From positions 96,001 through 160,000 of the IMG/VR virus record IMGVR_UViG_3300021431_004083: a stretch of DNA of 64,000 nt. One strand, given 5' to 3'. This DNA comes from a virus (lineage: Duplodnaviria > Caudoviricetes). Shown one piece after another: positions 1 through 11,500 of this stretch; positions within the stretch are counted from its first letter, which is position 1; the number at the start of each line of letters is the position of its first letter. Under the pieces are notes generated by a model, which saw nothing but the letters and a program-made list of their open reading frames with translations, was not told where the DNA came from and did not search any database. A program made the translations under genes and the position numbers.

Positions 1-4
1 CGTT

Positions 5-484
5 GTGACCAACGCAAAAGATGTCAGCAAAGACTTCATCATCGCTCTCGCCGCTTGGTTCGAATATACCCACAGCTGCGATGACGACACCGCATCAGAG
101 CTTAACGGGATTTGCGTATCGCATGACTGTTACCATGAAAGTATTCCTGCGGAAAACATCAACAAGCTCAAAATATTCAGAGCGTTCAACGCAGAAGCTC
201 ATAACAGAGGTGACCGTCACGACATCACCGTACAAGCAAAAGGAAGAGCGCTCGAATACGTCAATCCGCAATACTTGATAAGACCGCAACGCTACGCTCC
301 TATCATTAGTGAAAGTGAAAACGAGACATACATTTACGATGAATCCGTAACACTCACCGTAGACGGCGATGTTCTCACTGACTGCGATTATGCGTACAAT
401 GACATCGACGACATCTATGTCGCGAATGTCCTAAAGGACGAAGACTGGGTAGACAGGCTCAAAAACGCCTGCCGACCGGAATAA
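5..484 (+). CDS. Hypothetical protein, possibly 5'-truncated by the window edge
   Basis: 159-aa ORF whose frame is open to the window start; followed by a terminator hairpin. Confidence 0.6.
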   Translation: MTNAKDVSKDFIIALAAWFEYTHSCDDDTASELNGICVSHDCYHESIPAENINKLKIFRAFNAEAHNRGDRHDITVQAKGRALEYVNPQYLIRPQRYAPIISESENETYIYDESVTLTVDGDVLTDCDYAYNDIDDIYVANVLKDEDWVDRLKNACRPE

Positions 485-528
485 GAAAAAGGAACCTGTA
501 TTTCAAATACGGGTTCCTTTTTTTTTTT
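485..528. terminator. Bidirectional rho-independent terminator
   Basis: GGAACCTGTATT-tca-AATACGGGTTCC flanked by an A-run and a T-run, between convergent genes. Confidence 0.85.
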
Positions 529-1319
529 CATTTTACATGCGCGCCGCAATGTTTACAAAAACTGTCTTTCGCCGATAACGCTTTGCCGCAGTTCGAACAA
601 ATATTAGCGTGTAATCGAGGAGAATAAGCAATATCGAAACCATACTCATTGATAACGTCAAGCTCCGACATATACTGCGTAATGACAATGATACGAAACG
701 CCAATACAGCAATATACAAAACAATCGGCACGACGACAGATAATAACAACCGTGACATGTTTTGTGTTAAAAACAACCATGCCAAAAGCCCGACAGACAA
801 AAAGAACAGCAGAATAGTCATTACGGAATAAGGAATCATCCGTTCAGCAGATACCGACGACGACGAAATGTTCAAAATAATTCGACGATAGAAATGATAC
901 TCAAAAAGACCGTACAAAAAACATATTGCGCCCATAACTGTTCCTGAAACTGAAAAGCGAAGAGGCGACGTTCCAAAAAAGAATAAAGGAACGAACAGGA
1001 CTAATAAAAATAAACCAAGCGCTGCAACAATGACACTATGGGTAAGAATGAACGTAAGCGGATTCACGGCATATGTTTCAAACTCGGACTTAGATATAAA
1101 ATACAAACACAGGAAACAAATACCTGTGTACAAAAACAACGCGGCAACCGCTATATATAAATACTTAAAGCCTCTTGACAAAATCACGAAGTTGTCGGGA
1201 AAGAAAAAGAATGCTATGATTGCGGACACGAAAAGAAACAAGGATGAAATGCCGACAAACAAAACAGAACTCTTCGAAAAAAAGTCCTTATGCAATCTCG
1301 CAGTATAGGAATACCACAC
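528..1319 (-). CDS. Multi-pass membrane protein with C-terminal zinc ribbon
   Basis: About six hydrophobic segments; CSNCG...FCKHCG zinc-ribbon motif. Confidence 0.8.
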   Translation of the reverse strand: MWYSYTARLHKDFFSKSSVLFVGISSLFLFVSAIIAFFFFPDNFVILSRGFKYLYIAVAALFLYTGICFLCLYFISKSEFETYAVNPLTFILTHSVIVAALGLFLLVLFVPLFFFGTSPLRFSVSGTVMGAICFLYGLFEYHFYRRIILNISSSSVSAERMIPYSVMTILLFFLSVGLLAWLFLTQNMSRLLLSVVVPIVLYIAVLAFRIIVITQYMSELDVINEYGFDIAYSPRLHANICSNCGKALSAKDSFCKHCGAHVK

Positions 1320-1322
1320 AAC

Positions 1323-1850
1323 TCAACCCTCCTTCACGTCAAATCGCCTGAACTCGGGGTATACAGAAAAGGCGACTTTGCCGATTATCTTATCTTTAGA
1401 CACAAACGGATTTTGCCAAAAACGGGAATCAAAACTATTGTTCCGATTATCGCCCATTACGAAATAAGAATTCTCGGGAACCACACCGTAATCCTTATCC
1501 TCAGAAACCATCGTTTCTTTGCAATATGAAGCATCGATAATGGAACCGTTAACGAATACCGAATTGTCTTCGACAATCACATGCTCCCCCGGCAAAGCGA
1601 CGATTCGTTTCACATACGCTTCGCCTGTATCAGGAGCATGAAACGTAATGATATCATATCGCTCCGGGTTCGAATGATTGTATGCCAGTCTGTCAGCGAC
1701 GAAAATGCCGTTAGTCATCAACGTCGGCTCCATCGACTCCGACGGAACGTAACCGTTTAAAAACACGAAATTCGTCAAAGCAAATACAACACCGAGAATA
1801 ACGACAAAACACACGATATCCTTAACTATTACTTTGGTTTTTTCTTTCAC
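1323..1850 (-). CDS. lepB: Signal peptidase I (S26), pilus-cluster associated
   Basis: SESMEPTL, YVKRIVALPG and GDNRNNSFDSR motifs. Confidence 0.93.
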   Translation of the reverse strand: MKEKTKVIVKDIVCFVVILGVVFALTNFVFLNGYVPSESMEPTLMTNGIFVADRLAYNHSNPERYDIITFHAPDTGEAYVKRIVALPGEHVIVEDNSVFVNGSIIDASYCKETMVSEDKDYGVVPENSYFVMGDNRNNSFDSRFWQNPFVSKDKIIGKVAFSVYPEFRRFDVKEG

Positions 1851-2631
1851 AGGTAACCTGCCACCTTTCCCTTCCTCTGTCCGCGCATGTAAGCAGCGTC
1901 AATCTATCCTTATGCGGCGCCAAATAAACACCGCTGACATCCGTCGACAATATCTGCTTCGACTCAATCACTTCATACTCCAACGTATAAAAGTAATTCG
2001 TCACAGAAACAGAATCACCGACATCAAGCTCAGAAATATAATCAAAAAACGTACGACCTGTATAACCGTTGTGACCGGCGATGACACAATTTGACGTTTC
2101 GCCGCCAATCGGCAAAGACGTTCCGCCTAAATGGGTGACGCCGATAGACATGTTATAATTCGTCGCGCCGAGATATATAGGGACATCAAGACCGAGAGCG
2201 GGTATCGTCACATACGCGTAAACACCGTTCCATATTCCATAGTCCCCTAAATTCAAAGCAGGCTGCGTAAACTGCCATTCTGACAAATGCTGTCCCGCAA
2301 CAACTTCCGTATTATACGCAAGAGAATCTTTATAGAGCCTGTCAACGTCGTACTTATAAACGACAGGCTTATCATCCGTTCGATTACCCTCTTCGTCAAT
2401 CGGATATCCCTCGTCATCGATTTCACCGTTTTCGAGAGCGTCTTTATAGGAACCATCCTCACGCATTTCTTGCGCTGTCTCCTCGAAGTTGTAAACAATG
2501 GAATCCATATGCGCCTTATTTGCCATCTTCATAATCGACGGGGTGATGAACGTAACAATCGCCGCGAAAAACAAAATACCGGCGATGATAAAACGCCGCC
2601 TTCGTCGGCGTCTCGCAAAATAACCCAACAA
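1822..2631 (-). CDS. Class C (pilin) sortase
   Basis: N-terminal TM; IAGHNG, TLLTC and downstream R catalytic triad. Confidence 0.9.
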   Translation of the reverse strand: MLGYFARRRRRRRFIIAGILFFAAIVTFITPSIMKMANKAHMDSIVYNFEETAQEMREDGSYKDALENGEIDDEGYPIDEEGNRTDDKPVVYKYDVDRLYKDSLAYNTEVVAGQHLSEWQFTQPALNLGDYGIWNGVYAYVTIPALGLDVPIYLGATNYNMSIGVTHLGGTSLPIGGETSNCVIAGHNGYTGRTFFDYISELDVGDSVSVTNYFYTLEYEVIESKQILSTDVSGVYLAPHKDRLTLLTCADRGRERWQVTCERKNQSNS

Positions 2632-2643
2632 AAAACACCTTCT

Positions 2644-3591
2644 TTACATTACGGCACTTTGTTTGCGTCGATGACGAACAGTCACAATAATCGTAACAAT
2701 AGTCACACACAACAATATTCCGCCTATTACGAACATCGCAACCAAACCTCTGTCACCTTCATCATTGATATTTTGTATCTCACGTGAACTGTTCGACCTT
2801 TTGACGACGTCATATAACTCACCCATCACGAGTAAACGATGCGTATTGACAGCATATGGCGTACACGTCACAAGTGTACACAGATTCCTGTCAGGCTGCA
2901 CATGCAGCTTTTCGGAATCCGCCGGACGCACAACATTGATCTCGCATACACGATAATAATAAGTATCGCCGAAAAACTCAACAAAAAAAGTATCGCCCCT
3001 TTTTAACTCTGTCAAACGATTGAAAAGCTCTTTTGTCGGCAACGCCGTATGTCCTGAAATAACGACATGCACGCCGTCACCTTCCATTGGCAAAGAAGTG
3101 CGAAACATATGCTGCGCGCCCTCTTCCAATTTAGAATCATCCGTACCTTTATATACAGGCAGCTTGCAATTGATTGACGGAATCTCAATATTCGCTAAAT
3201 GACCGTTACGGCCAACACCCGCAATCTCTTCATAAATATCAGACTTTTCCGTCAAACCTTCTTCTCCCGCAAACGTATCAATCAATGTTGAACCGACAAC
3301 CATCGTATCATTGTACTCTTTGACCTTCGCAAGATAACCGTCATATTCATCATCTGATAAGTTCTTTACAGCGTCGCTGTACTCGTTTGTGTGCGACGCA
3401 GCCACCAAATTATTGACAAACTCGGATACCGTAGGATAAAGAAACAAACCCGCAGCGAGAAGAAGCCAAATAGAGATAAAAACAATCAACCCGACAGGCT
3501 TTTTCTTTTTCTGAACAACCGTGTCATCCAAAGGTATTCCTTTGGCGACACGTGTCGAACGAGAGGGGACATTATCTGTTTTCTTCTTCAT
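2644..3591 (-). CDS. Class C (pilin) sortase
   Basis: ISGHTA and TLVTCTPYAVNTHRLLV; N- and C-terminal TM segments. Confidence 0.95.
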   Translation of the reverse strand: MKKKTDNVPSRSTRVAKGIPLDDTVVQKKKKPVGLIVFISIWLLLAAGLFLYPTVSEFVNNLVAASHTNEYSDAVKNLSDDEYDGYLAKVKEYNDTMVVGSTLIDTFAGEEGLTEKSDIYEEIAGVGRNGHLANIEIPSINCKLPVYKGTDDSKLEEGAQHMFRTSLPMEGDGVHVVISGHTALPTKELFNRLTELKRGDTFFVEFFGDTYYYRVCEINVVRPADSEKLHVQPDRNLCTLVTCTPYAVNTHRLLVMGELYDVVKRSNSSREIQNINDEGDRGLVAMFVIGGILLCVTIVTIIVTVRHRRKQSAVM

Positions 3592-3616
3592 AAAAAACGC
3601 ACATCCTTATAAAGCC

Positions 3617-3645
3617 AGTATACCACATTGAAAACCAAAATGCAA
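3617..3645 (-). promoter_or_regulatory. Sigma-A promoter for the sortase genes
   Basis: TTGCAT-17 nt-TATACT with extended TG. Confidence 0.7.
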
Positions 3646-3678
3646 TACTTTTATTGCAACAAATTGTTCACAAAAAAG

Positions 3679-3702
3679 GACACCCCCTAAAAAGGGGGTG
3701 TC
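3679..3702 (-). terminator. Terminator downstream of the major pilin
   Basis: GACACCCCCT/AGGGGGTGTC hairpin followed by a T-run on the minus strand. Confidence 0.75.
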
Positions 3703-3747
3703 GCGAAACAAAGAACCGACAAATCGATTCAAGCGTCGATGGCGTTA

Positions 3748-5397
3748 TTACTTAGAAGCCTTGCTTCTCTTCTTCAGATTCATCGCAACGACAACAATAC
3801 CGGCGAGCAGAAGAACTGCGCCTGCGCCGTAGAACATAACGGAACCGATACCACCGGTCTGCGGCAGGAATACTTTGTCATTGGTAACACGAGCGCCTAC
3901 GTAACCAATATGGTCACGACCGCGGAACTTGTAGTTCGCAGGATAAGCAGCAGCAGCATTACCGTCAACAGTGAACTTACCGTCCTCAGTATATTCCTGA
4001 ACCTTGGTCTCATCAGCCCATGTGTTGTTAGTAAAGGACTCCTTATATGCTGTGGTAATGGTAATCGGGATTACCTTAGTAAAAGCAGAATAACTCGCAG
4101 GAGCTTCAGTCTCTCTCACATAATAGGTACCTGCTCTCAGAGCAACAGGCTTACCGGAGATATCACGATTATTAGCAGTCTGACCGTCGAGATAAGTGAA
4201 GAAAACTTCACCCTGAGTATTAGAAGTACCCTCAGCAATAGGATTTGTCAGCGCCTCAGCATTAGCTTCTGTCTTAAACAGCTGGAACTTGGCGCCTTCG
4301 AGAGCCTTATTATCTTGACCGCGCAGCTTACCGATCATCAGACTGTAAGTATAAACCCAAGCGTCATCGGGCTCAGTCTCGCTTGTATTATCAGCGTAGT
4401 TTGTCCACTCAAGCTTAACCTCATTCGGGTTACCCTCATAGCCGATAACAGCATGCTCATTCAAAACACCGCTATAATAAAGACGAACATAAGCAGCCTG
4501 ATAGAACAGCTCCGTAGATTGCAGATACTCAGGCTTCAGAGAAACTCTGATTGTTGTTGCCTCACCATTGCCGCCGGTAACATCGATAGTGTAGTTAGCG
4601 GGGTCAATAACGGATGATTTAGTCTTCTCCGAATTCAGCAAACGTACCTGAACGGAACCGTCGAGATAAGTAAGACCTTTGCTCATGGTATCAACAAAAG
4701 AATAAGCCTTCAGTCTGAAATCCTTTGTGGGGTCAGTTTCGTTATAAGCGCCGACGGTATCAGCGTCAACACAGAAACGAACCGAACCACCCATAGGAAC
4801 CTCGGTATACTCAGTCTGACCTTCGATAGTAGAATTAGTGATAGTCTTATCAACAGTAACAGTATCACTCTCAACCTTAGTAGCGAGCTCAACGGGGTCA
4901 ATGCTGTAAGTCCAACCATTCTCAGCAGCGTAATAAGGCAGAGCGAAGATCGAGTTTCTTACGGACTTAACAGTATTAGGAGTACCTGTCGCGCGAACAT
5001 AGAAGAGGCCCTGTGTCAGATTAGACAGAGTCTTGGTCGCGCCGTCTGTGTCAGACGAATAAGTACCGACAACAACAGCACCCTTAGTCTCAAGCTCAGA
5101 AGTAGCAATATTATCGAGAGTTCTGAGTGTAGTAGTTGCAGCGCCATAAGGCAAGGCGGCCGCAATATCAGTCATAAGAGGCTTATAACTGACCTCATAC
5201 GGGTTCAGCAGCTTCTCTTCGGTATCAGCTACACGATAAACTGTAAATGTGTAACCGGGCTTATCGCAGTTCATTGTGAAACTGACCTTTGCATTAGGGT
5301 CAAATGAACCTGTCGCAGCAGTAACAGACATGGCGCCAAGCATGGCGACGAGCATTACTGCGAGGAAAAGAGCAAGAAGTCTTTTCGTTGTTTTCAT
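3748..5397 (-). CDS. Major (backbone) pilin, SpaH/EbpB-like, LPXTG-anchored
   Basis: Signal peptide from MKTTKR; isopeptide-domain motifs (DTMSKGLTY, GNPNEVKLEW); E-box YYVRETEAP; LPQTG + TM + basic tail. Confidence 0.9.
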   Translation of the reverse strand: MKTTKRLLALFLAVMLVAMLGAMSVTAATGSFDPNAKVSFTMNCDKPGYTFTVYRVADTEEKLLNPYEVSYKPLMTDIAAALPYGAATTTLRTLDNIATSELETKGAVVVGTYSSDTDGATKTLSNLTQGLFYVRATGTPNTVKSVRNSIFALPYYAAENGWTYSIDPVELATKVESDTVTVDKTITNSTIEGQTEYTEVPMGGSVRFCVDADTVGAYNETDPTKDFRLKAYSFVDTMSKGLTYLDGSVQVRLLNSEKTKSSVIDPANYTIDVTGGNGEATTIRVSLKPEYLQSTELFYQAAYVRLYYSGVLNEHAVIGYEGNPNEVKLEWTNYADNTSETEPDDAWVYTYSLMIGKLRGQDNKALEGAKFQLFKTEANAEALTNPIAEGTSNTQGEVFFTYLDGQTANNRDISGKPVALRAGTYYVRETEAPASYSAFTKVIPITITTAYKESFTNNTWADETKVQEYTEDGKFTVDGNAAAAYPANYKFRGRDHIGYVGARVTNDKVFLPQTGGIGSVMFYGAGAVLLLAGIVVVAMNLKKRSKASK

Positions 5398-5468
5398 GTA
5401 AAAATCACCAAAACCTTTCTTCCCGAACGCGGGATATAAATTTTTCACAAACCTAACGGTTCTCTAAC

Positions 5469-5497
5469 AATATAACACATCGAAAAAGAAAATGCAA
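5469..5497 (-). promoter_or_regulatory. Sigma-A promoter for the major pilin
   Basis: TTGCAT-17 nt-TATATT with extended TG. Confidence 0.7.
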
Positions 5498-5599
5498 TAG
5501 TTTATTCACAAAAAAGTAAATAAAATTGTAAAAATCCCCATTCGACATTGAAACAGACGCCGTGCCGTATACAAGACACGGCGTCCATTATCAAAAATA

Positions 5600-8500
5600 T
5601 CACTTAACGATAGTCGAGCGAATCCTGCGGCGTCTGAAGAACAGAACACCGAATACACCGAGAGACAAAGCAAGCAACGCGGCAACATAATAAATCATAT
5701 TACCTGTACCGCCTGTTTTCGGCGCGAAAATCTTGTCGTTAACGAACACAAGTTCATCCATATCATACGTCTGACCACCGTTCATGACACGAACCTTACC
5801 CTCATCTGTCAGTGTAAACGTGACAGGAACATTCGACGTAGAGTAATTCGCCAAAGGTGTTGATTCAAGAATCACATAAGTACCCGGCTCAAGATTCTTA
5901 ATTGTCAGCTTACCCTTATTGGAACCAGTACTACCCGTTCTCATAATATATTCCGAATCAGCAGCAAACGTATTCTTAATCTTCTTATTAGCGCCAGAGC
6001 CTTTGGCACGGAAATAATCCTGAATACCATCAATGATTTCGGCGCCCTGTTTCTTATAAACACCATTGGTGCCTGTTGCCTTGATAACACCATTTCTGCC
6101 GTTTGTGCCTGCACCAAGAACAAAGCCTACGTTTGCTTGTGGCTTAGTACCTTGCAACTGCGCCTCAAGAGACGAAGTGTTGTCGGGCAAAGACGAGCGG
6201 TAGTATTTCTTAACGACGACGTCAAATACCTTATAGGTATTCTGAACAGGAATCGTCTCAGTGAGAACGCCCTGAACAGTGGTCTGTGTATGATTGAGAT
6301 ACTCAGGCTCGTCATAACCTGTAACAGTCGACTCTGTCACATAATAACGACAAGGAATCGCATGCTCACCCACGGTTTCATAAGCCGTAAACTTTTTACC
6401 GTTACTATCGGTACCCAAACGAGAACCAAGGTCCTCAGCAATCTTATCATCGAAAAACGCCGAAGCTACGACAGGCTGACCTGTCACTTTAACAGAACCA
6501 GTGTCTCCTGTAAAGTTATTAATGGTATACGTGCCAACTGTTTTGGTAATGGTCGCGGACTCGCCGTTTGTCGTATAGTATCCCGGAACGACGTACTCAC
6601 GATACAGCGTAAAATCAACGGATGCAGGACGCTTGTTCGCCGCATTGTTTCTGTCATTCCAACGCTTCTCAAGGACAATATTCTTGGTTTCGTAGTTTGT
6701 CAAGGACAAATCACCGGTCTGCTCGGTAACGTAACCGTTACCTACAGGAACCTCTTCTACGTAATACTCATACTGAATACCACGATAATAATTACCGCGA
6801 GAAGAATCGAAATACTGACCTAAGTCAGCAGAAGGTGTATGGTTTTCTGCTTCAGAAACATATGTCGGCAAATGAGAAACCTTAGTGGACCAATTTGACT
6901 CATCAGATAATGTCAAACCAGAAAGAACCTTCTCTGACAAAATACCTTTCGTCGGATGCGTATCTTTATTCTTAACGAAATCGGAAGCATCCCAACGACG
7001 ATACAAATCTACCTTGATAGATACGGGACGAGTCTGATACTTGTTACTCTCATCGACCCAAGCTTTTGTCACATGAACCGATCGTGTATCGGGACGATAC
7101 GAGTTTTCAATATCAACACGTAAAGGTGATACACCCAGAGGCACATCGGATACCGTCCAATTAACAGAACTGCCGTTTACAGTTCCTGTTGCTTGCTTCG
7201 TCGCAACATGACCAATCTCCTGATTGTACAACATCATCTGCCCGTATTGAACCTTTGCTCTATCGTTATTATAAAGAGTAGTATAAGAATCATCGATGTA
7301 TTCTGTCAACTCACTCACAGGAACAAATGCGTCAGAAGAAGAAGCCTTCAATAACACTTCTCGAATCGAATACTCATAACGGACATAATCACCATCGGCA
7401 TTATAATGACCTTCAGGTAATCCGGTAAACGAATAATTATACTGAGAGGAACCATTCTCGCCTGTTCTAAATGCTTCAGCATTATAGAACGTAACACCAT
7501 CACGGTCCTCGGTCACGCCTAACAGCCGAGAGCCGAACGAATCGCCGTCTCTGTACAGCTCGACACGAATACCGTCGGCACGCGTATTAGCAACATTATG
7601 CAAATCGTCCCAAATCTTAGAACCTTCGACAGTAATAGAAGGAATCTTCTCGTTACTATAGCTCAAAGAAACAACAGTAACCTCCGACTTACTAACTGTT
7701 TCTTTGGTTAGCGTATTATCACTAATGATGCCCCATTGAACAGGATTCTGCGAAAGCTTATAGCCATTAGGAGCTTTAACTTCCGTCACACGATATGTAC
7801 CGCCTCTCTTGAAACGACCTTTGTAAACAGGGAGTCCTGCCTGCTCCAAATCAGTGGCGCGCACTACATCTGTCGCGGAACCGTCAGCATTAACATAATG
7901 CGAAGCAGCTCCGGTATAAGCGAATCCGCTCGAATTCGTTCTCAAATAATAAGTATACTCAGAAGTCTCAGGGATTGCGGAAACACTTGAATAGGCATCC
8001 TCGAAGTACTCAAGCTTAAAAACAGCGCCGCGAAGCTTTGCGCCTGTGTTCGCATCTGTTTTCTTAATATATATAGGAACATACTGCTCATTAGGGATGA
8101 CCTTATGACCGATAGTAGCATCATCTTCACCGACGTAAATCACACCAGTCTCATCACCTGTCAAGTTACCGAAGTAAACTTTATCAATAGGATTGTAACC
8201 TGCAGGCGCAGAAACCTCGGTCAAACGATAAGAACCTTCAGGGAAGTAATCACCGTAATGATTATCAATAGCGGAACCAGGACAAGAAGAATCCGTTTTA
8301 GAACCAGGCAAATCGTTACGCAAATCATTATTGTCCGCGTAAATCCTACCTAATGTGGTCACACCGGAACCGTTGTAACCAATCAAAGTACCATTATTAT
8401 CATAAAGCGAAAGCTTATCGATATCCGCACCTGAACCGAGATAATAAACACGAGCAGGCTCGGTATCACCTATCTCAGACTCAGAAGCAAACTGCTTATC

Positions 8501-11500
8501 AAAGAACTCCAACTTAAAAACAGCACCGCTTCGATGGGCTTTTGTTTCAGCGTTAATCTTATCAAAAGCGATAAAGGAACCTCTGTCAACATAGTTCACA
8601 TGCTCAACATCCACTGATTTACTACTGTTACCACCAGGAACTGTTACAGAATAAACCTTGTTTTTATTATTATCATCCTTATACGTTCCATCATCATTCA
8701 TTGGATGTAAATGAGAATCATCCTTAAAGAATTCACGATAATAATAAGTCTTAGATTCCTCTGAAGCTTGCAGCGTCACGTTCAATAAACCATCCTCGTC
8801 GAGACTTATATTTTCAGCCTTCGTCTTCGACGTATCACCGTTAACAGACAAACATTCCAAAACATGTTTTTCATCTTTTTTAACAGCGGCTTCCTCGGAC
8901 GTATAGAAAGTGAAACTCACTGAACTATACGAATACAAATCCTTTATCTCCTCGTTGTGTACAAACGTGACAAGACCGTCGGGAACCTCGTACAAATCAT
9001 CTTTGGTCGGTGTCTTATTCGGATTATTGTTATAATCAGAAGAAACTAACTTCTTAGTAAGATTGATACCTGTTTTTTGTACAGGGTCATCAACCTTAAC
9101 CAATACAGTACGTTGCGTTTCATCAACAGTGACATTCGGCTTATGTTTGCTTACATATGAACTTCTATAAGTTGGTACTATTGAATAACCGACAGGAGCA
9201 CGATTCTCAACAAGATAATACTCACCATAAGGAATATCACTAAATTCAAGATGACCGTTTTCGTCGGTACGACCGGTACACAATTTACCGTTCTTGTTGC
9301 GAACCATACCCCCATTTGTATCAAGAAGTGTAAACTTTGCGTCCTTCAAATGATTATTAGGGTTACCGCCACCTGTTTTCTCGATAGAAACGCTACCATA
9401 AGGTATGTTTGTTACATTCTTTGTATACGCGACAGTACCGTTTTGTGTATTATCAGGATTCAACGAAATAAAATACGTAGATGAACCGTTCGTTTTGAAG
9501 TTGTCATACGAACCTGCATCATTTGCAGCAGTGACAACATCAGAAACAGCAAAACCTGAACTATGCACATCATAAGGCTCAGGAACCTCATCTTCAACAA
9601 GAACATAATCACCGTAAGGAAGCTTATCAACAGAAATCTCACCACGACTGTTTGTTGTCAATACATCCGTATCGAGAACAGGTGTAGCAGCGGTCTTCAT
9701 CTCATAGAAATCATGACTTCTATAAAGCTTAAACTTAGCGTCTTCGATAACAGTATCGGGATTAAAACTCGAAGTTTTCTTTATCTTTAAAGACGCAGAA
9801 GCGACAGGACTGTTCGTCAAATCAATATTGTTAACATTCGAAAGAGCATTTTCATTGCAAACAAACGTTACGGCGTTATGATTTTTATCCATAGCCACAT
9901 AAAAAACATTGTCTTTGTCCAACTGGTCCGTTTGAGCGTCTTTGCCCGACTGGTCCGTTTGAGCGCCATGTTCATCTGTATGAATGCTACTATAATCCTT
10001 CAAATCAAGAATGTTACCGTAATTATTATTAGATGCAGAGATTTCTTGAATACGATACTGAACGTTCGGTCTGGTTACATAAAGACCTGCCTTCCATTCA
10101 TCATCAAGCTTCAATGTCCACGTACTCCCACTCTTATCTAACCACTTACTCGGAACATTTACATCCCAAACGCCTGTTCCGCCGTTCGCGCCGTTACCAT
10201 TCATATCGCCGAGACGGACATCCTTCCAAGTACTGCCTACCTTTTCCTGAACTTTAAAACGAACCTGAGACAACTTACCGTAATACTCAGTGTGGTCAGG
10301 GTGACTACGAAGGTCAACATTATCGCCGACACCTGTCATACCTGTCATATCAGGATACTTCTGAATGCAAATTGGTGTACGGATAATGGCAGAACTCATA
10401 TAAACCTGATAATAATCATTATTATTCTTGTTTTTATAATAATCAGGATTACGAGGATACATATAAAAACACGATACCTCAGCAGGAACACTCGGGATAC
10501 GAGCCATACTGCTATTGCCATCATCAAGATCATATTCACCATAAAGATAAAGTTTATAACCTGTAGGTGATGTCACACCATTCTTTACCGTGTAATAATT
10601 TTTTATTTTGCCATCGCTGCTCTTACCTGCCTCAAAACAAACCTTCAAAAGCTCCTGAACGGACAACGTCCAACAACGACGTGTCTTATTGGCAACGCCG
10701 AGCTGCCATGAGCAACCCAATGCCGTACGTCTGTAGGAATACCCATATTGCTCAGTCTCTTGTTCATACGCGTCCTTATCGTCAACAGTATGGTTGCCAT
10801 GTAAAAACTTATAATCAAAATAGCCACCATTTTGCGCAGCCATAAATGAAATACCCCAACCATCAGGGTCATCCTGAAGATTAACTTTCGAAAGATAAGC
10901 ATGCTCCAAATCAAAGATAACATTTTTATTAAAAACGCATCGTCTTAATGTTCTGTCAACAGTATGTGCTGACCAACCCCAACGAGATTCCCATCGCTCA
11001 TCCCATTCAAGATTATTACCGCTGCTGTTGGTCGTATATTCTCTGACGACAACCTTTTCCTTGTCATCATAAACCCAACCCCAACCAGACTTCTTAGAAC
11101 CATTTGAATCATAATAACAGGATTCGTTTTTCAATTCACTTAACGCTGAATTATCAACAATATCATTTGTCAAATAACCGCAAAATGCCATAGCGTAAAA
11201 GACATCTTCATAAGTGACACGGAACTTTTTCTGTTTTTTCCCGTTTTCGTCAATTTCGTCAACAATACGACCCAGCAAGTGGAACTTCTTATTCGTACCA
11301 GGCGTTGTGCAATAGTCAAAACGACCAGCTTCGTCGGGTTCATTTTGTTCTCTTCTGAGGTCAGCGGTCTCAGGATCGAATGCTTCCTTGATATAAGAGA
11401 AACGATTAAAAGGTCTATGCTCATCATTTACTGTACTGTAATCGCCATAAGAAACATTAGCGGCATCGGGACCCGGACCATCAGTATCATACCAATATTT

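Noticed and set aside
3651-3673. Rex operator (TTCACAA)
   Set aside because: Only one half-site matches the TTGTGAA-n4-TTCACAA palindrome.
3739-4617. Long antisense ORFs (also 46131-47177, 55360-56199, 62394-63404)
   Set aside because: They are shadows of well-supported genes on the opposite strand.
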